Shown here: positions 60,459 to 62,836 of the stretch, one piece after another | Position numbering within the stretch: position 1 is the first letter of the stretch | Layout of the letters: each line of letters begins with the position of its first letter | DNA from: a virus | Taxonomy: Duplodnaviria; Caudoviricetes | Virus record (IMG/VR): IMGVR_UViG_3300009183_000098 | Coordinates: 1-62,836 of that record | Length of the DNA: 62,836 nucleotides | Reading direction: 5' to 3' (one strand) | Translations under genes and position numbers: made by a program | Notes under the pieces: generated by a model | Seen by the model: only the letters and a program-made list of their open reading frames with translations | Database searches by the model: none | Told to the model about the DNA's origin: nothing

Positions 60459-61149
60459 TACAGAACTACATTACACAAAGAAAAATTCTTTTAACAAAGC
60501 AACTAGATTAAAAACGAACTGTCTCAGCTGTTCAAATAGACAAAATCGCTCAGAGTACAGTCAACGATTAGCAACTAGTGCAATTGTTAAAAAACGATTA
60601 TATTTAGCAGAAACAGAATTTGTACAAGGTACAATTTTTGGAGATAGAACGGTAGTTTCATCAAAAATATTTACGGGGCTGGAACTGGGATTTAAAACAG
60701 GAAACACATGGTATGTACAAGTTATGTGTAAGTGTGGAAAACTTGATTGGGTGCGTATACATTCTCTACGACAACATTCTGGAAAATCTTGTATACGGTG
60801 CTGCCAATCACTAGGCAGAAGTCCAACTTTCAAGGGGCACGAAGATATGCCAGGCAGAATCATGAGCAGAATCAAAGGTAGTGCACAGGCAAGAACTCAT
60901 ACTAAAGGTAGTATAAACTTCACAGCAAAATATATTTATGAATTATTCCATAGCCAAAATTGTAAATGTAAATTTACTAATATGCCATTGGATTGGTCAA
61001 CTGCTTCATTAGATAGAATTGATTCCACCCGGGGATACGAAATGGGAAATGTGCAATGGGTGCATAAAAAAGTTAATCTAATGAAATTGGATATGACAGA
61101 CACGGAGTTTGTTAATTGGTGTAAACTTATAGTAGGTAATTTAATATGA
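60430..61149 (+). CDS. HNH-type homing endonuclease
   Basis: RNCPKC, CKCG, SLDRIDS..GY..GNVQWV...VN.MK; GGAG RBS. Confidence 0.82.
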   Translation: MWIRNCPKCDTELHYTKKNSFNKATRLKTNCLSCSNRQNRSEYSQRLATSAIVKKRLYLAETEFVQGTIFGDRTVVSSKIFTGLELGFKTGNTWYVQVMCKCGKLDWVRIHSLRQHSGKSCIRCCQSLGRSPTFKGHEDMPGRIMSRIKGSAQARTHTKGSINFTAKYIYELFHSQNCKCKFTNMPLDWSTASLDRIDSTRGYEMGNVQWVHKKVNLMKLDMTDTEFVNWCKLIVGNLI

Positions 61150-61396
61150 TATGGTTAATATTATTAACGGCGCTGGAAGTGACAAGGGCCTTGCTATTTT
61201 CATCTTGGAAACAGATGCAGGTAACCGTTTCAATTGCCGCCCAGAAGGCACTCAGAGCAGTCGAGCGGAACTATATGTCAGTCGTAAGGAATTGGTGAAC
61301 AAGCTCCTGACAGTTAGGTATCAAGAATTGTCAAGAGATAATATCCCGATTTTCCCTGTGGGAGTGAGTATTAGAGATTTGGAAGATTTCTCTTAG
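61145..61396 (+). pseudogene. Orphan second copy of the ligase C-terminal OB domain
   Basis: LTVRYQELSRD..PIFPVGVSIRD shared with the ligase C-terminus; in-frame ATG at 61151. Confidence 0.85.
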
Positions 61397-61447
61397 TCCA
61401 CACTATTTATATACAGTCAGTAAACTTCCTATTTACGGAGTCTGTAT

Positions 61448-62089
61448 ATGCCCAGAATGTCTCAATTACAATGGTGGTTAGAAAAAGAACCTGATTTAGA
61501 AAAAGCAAAAAAATTATGGAAGCAGCACCAACAATCCATAGCAGATAAACGAGCACAGAAAGTAAAAGAAAAATTTGAATTAATATCTAACTGGGGAAAT
61601 TGGGAAGTTTTACATCCAATCGTTTATAAACAAGAAAAAATGCCAGCAGGAAGAATAAGAAATCTTGTTAAAGTAAAATGTAAATGTGGAAAAGAAGATT
61701 TTATCGATAGAGCTAATTTAATGTCAGGAAGGTCAAACTCCTGTAGAGGTTGTTATCATCGTGGCAGTTTGAATAGTAGATGGAATGGCCACGGTGATAT
61801 GCCTGGGGATGTATATCATAGAATTAGTAGTTCTGCCAAAAATAGAAATATTGAGCTAAACGTTACTAGAGAACAATTACATAACTTATTACACAAACAA
61901 AATTTCAAATGTGCATTAACAGGACAATCTCTGAACTGGAAAACTGCATCATTGGACAGAATAGATTCAAATAAAGCATATGATATTGATAATATTCAAT
62001 GGATGCTTAGTGAAGTCAATTATATGAAACGTGTATTAACACAAGATAGATTTATTGAACTATGTAGATTGGTGGCAGAAAATAATTAA
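61448..62089 (+). CDS. HNH-type homing endonuclease, paralogue of 60430
   Basis: CKCG, GH.DMPG, TASLDRIDS..Y...N.QW...VN.MK. Confidence 0.82.
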   Translation: MPRMSQLQWWLEKEPDLEKAKKLWKQHQQSIADKRAQKVKEKFELISNWGNWEVLHPIVYKQEKMPAGRIRNLVKVKCKCGKEDFIDRANLMSGRSNSCRGCYHRGSLNSRWNGHGDMPGDVYHRISSSAKNRNIELNVTREQLHNLLHKQNFKCALTGQSLNWKTASLDRIDSNKAYDIDNIQWMLSEVNYMKRVLTQDRFIELCRLVAENN

Positions 62090-62095
62090 AAAATA

Positions 62096-62220
62096 CGGCA
62101 CCACAGTCGGGCGGGACGACGGTAGGAGTGGACGGGTTGCTACCCCAATGTTATGACCACACTATGCTAGCCAAGGACTTAGAGAAATCTATGTGGGGTT
62201 CGAATCCCCCGATGCCACTA
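62096..62220 (+). ncRNA. tRNA-like structured RNA
   Basis: T-arm GGGG-TTCGAAT-CCCC, acceptor-like GGCA/TGCC pairing, three internal hairpins; too long for a standard tRNA. Confidence 0.45.
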
Positions 62221-62230
62221 GGAGGAATAT

Positions 62231-62737
62231 ATGCTAAAAATGTTATTGATGGCACAATTGTTGGCACCAACATTATTAAACAAGCCATTATCTGTAAAGA
62301 AAACACTAAGAGGTGCCACTAATTATATTGTATTACATTATGATGATGGTGGTTCATATAAATCGACAAGACGAATATTAATTAAAAAAAGAAATAGTTA
62401 TCATTATTATATTCAACGTGACGGTACTATTATTAAATTAATTGACCCCAAGTATGAAGCCTCCCATGCAGGTATTTCGTATTATAAAGGAATGGTTCGA
62501 TTAAATAAATATAGTATTGGTATTTGTTTACAAAATGATCCACCGCAAGCATATACAGAAAAACAATATAATAGTGCAGGATGGCTTATAAAACAATTAC
62601 AGTTACGATATAAGGATTCTACATCGAAAGTAATCATTGGACATTCTGATATTGCAATTCCCAGAGGAAGAAAAATTGACCCCGGACCGCATTTCAATTG
62701 GGAAAAACTACGCATCAATATTAATAAATGGAGATAG
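62231..62737 (+). CDS. N-acetylmuramoyl-L-alanine amidase (Amidase_2)
   Basis: IVLH, SYHY.I..DG, A.HAG, N..SIGI, GH.DIA..RK.DPG. Confidence 0.9.
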   Translation: MLKMLLMAQLLAPTLLNKPLSVKKTLRGATNYIVLHYDDGGSYKSTRRILIKKRNSYHYYIQRDGTIIKLIDPKYEASHAGISYYKGMVRLNKYSIGICLQNDPPQAYTEKQYNSAGWLIKQLQLRYKDSTSKVIIGHSDIAIPRGRKIDPGPHFNWEKLRININKWR

Positions 62738-62739
62738 AT

Positions 62740-62836
62740 ATGGGAATGTTCGATGAAATCAGAGTAGAACAACTACTACCAGGTAATACAGAAATTACTG
62801 ATGAATGGCATCAAACAAAGTCATTCGATAATGTAA
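62740..62836 (+). CDS. Hypothetical protein (partial, runs off window)
   Basis: GGAG RBS; MGMFDEIRV...QTKS. Confidence 0.55.
   Translation, partial: MGMFDEIRVEQLLPGNTEITDEWHQTKSFDNV

Noticed and set aside
60430-61149. Intron in the ligase with 61151 as exon 2
   Set aside because: The upstream ligase is already complete and there is no non-coding space for an intron core
62128-62322. 64-aa ORF overlapping the amidase start
   Set aside because: It spans the structured RNA-like element and overlaps a well-supported gene out of frame
1-62836. Stop-codon reassignment
   Set aside because: Conserved genes are full length in the standard code and TAA, TAG and TGA all end genes

Overview
A 62.8-kb segment of a large, AT-rich tailed dsDNA phage with a contractile tail and T4-like structural proteins. 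All credible genes are on the + strand. Gene order: end of the scaffold gene, major capsid protein, two free-standing endonucleases, neck and tail-completion genes, sheath, tube, large Ser/Thr/Gly-repeat fibre proteins, a mucin-like Pro/Thr protein followed by a seven-gene glycosylation/methylation cluster, SNF2 helicase, tail chaperone, tape measure and baseplate genes, then a replication block (family A-like polymerase, gp32-like SSB, RecA/UvsX, 5'-3' exonuclease, DnaB helicase, class II RNR, thioredoxins, dUTPase, PolB, ATP-dependent ligase) and an amidase. Most notable: (1) a candidate mucin-type O-glycosylation pathway (two GT60-like enzymes, GT25, GT11, methyltransferases) next to a likely substrate; (2) two adjacent fractured genes (DnaB, NrdJ), each split by a trans-splicing intein around an endonuclease gene, the DnaB intein being atypically split; (3) a ligase 3'-end plus HNH cassette present twice; (4) an apparently circularly permuted lysozyme-like domain in the baseplate hub; (5) a likely +1/-2 frameshift in the tail chaperone; (6) a shared palindromic site in the ssb and recA promoters; (7) a tRNA-like structured RNA. 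All family calls come from motif recognition by eye; no searches were run.
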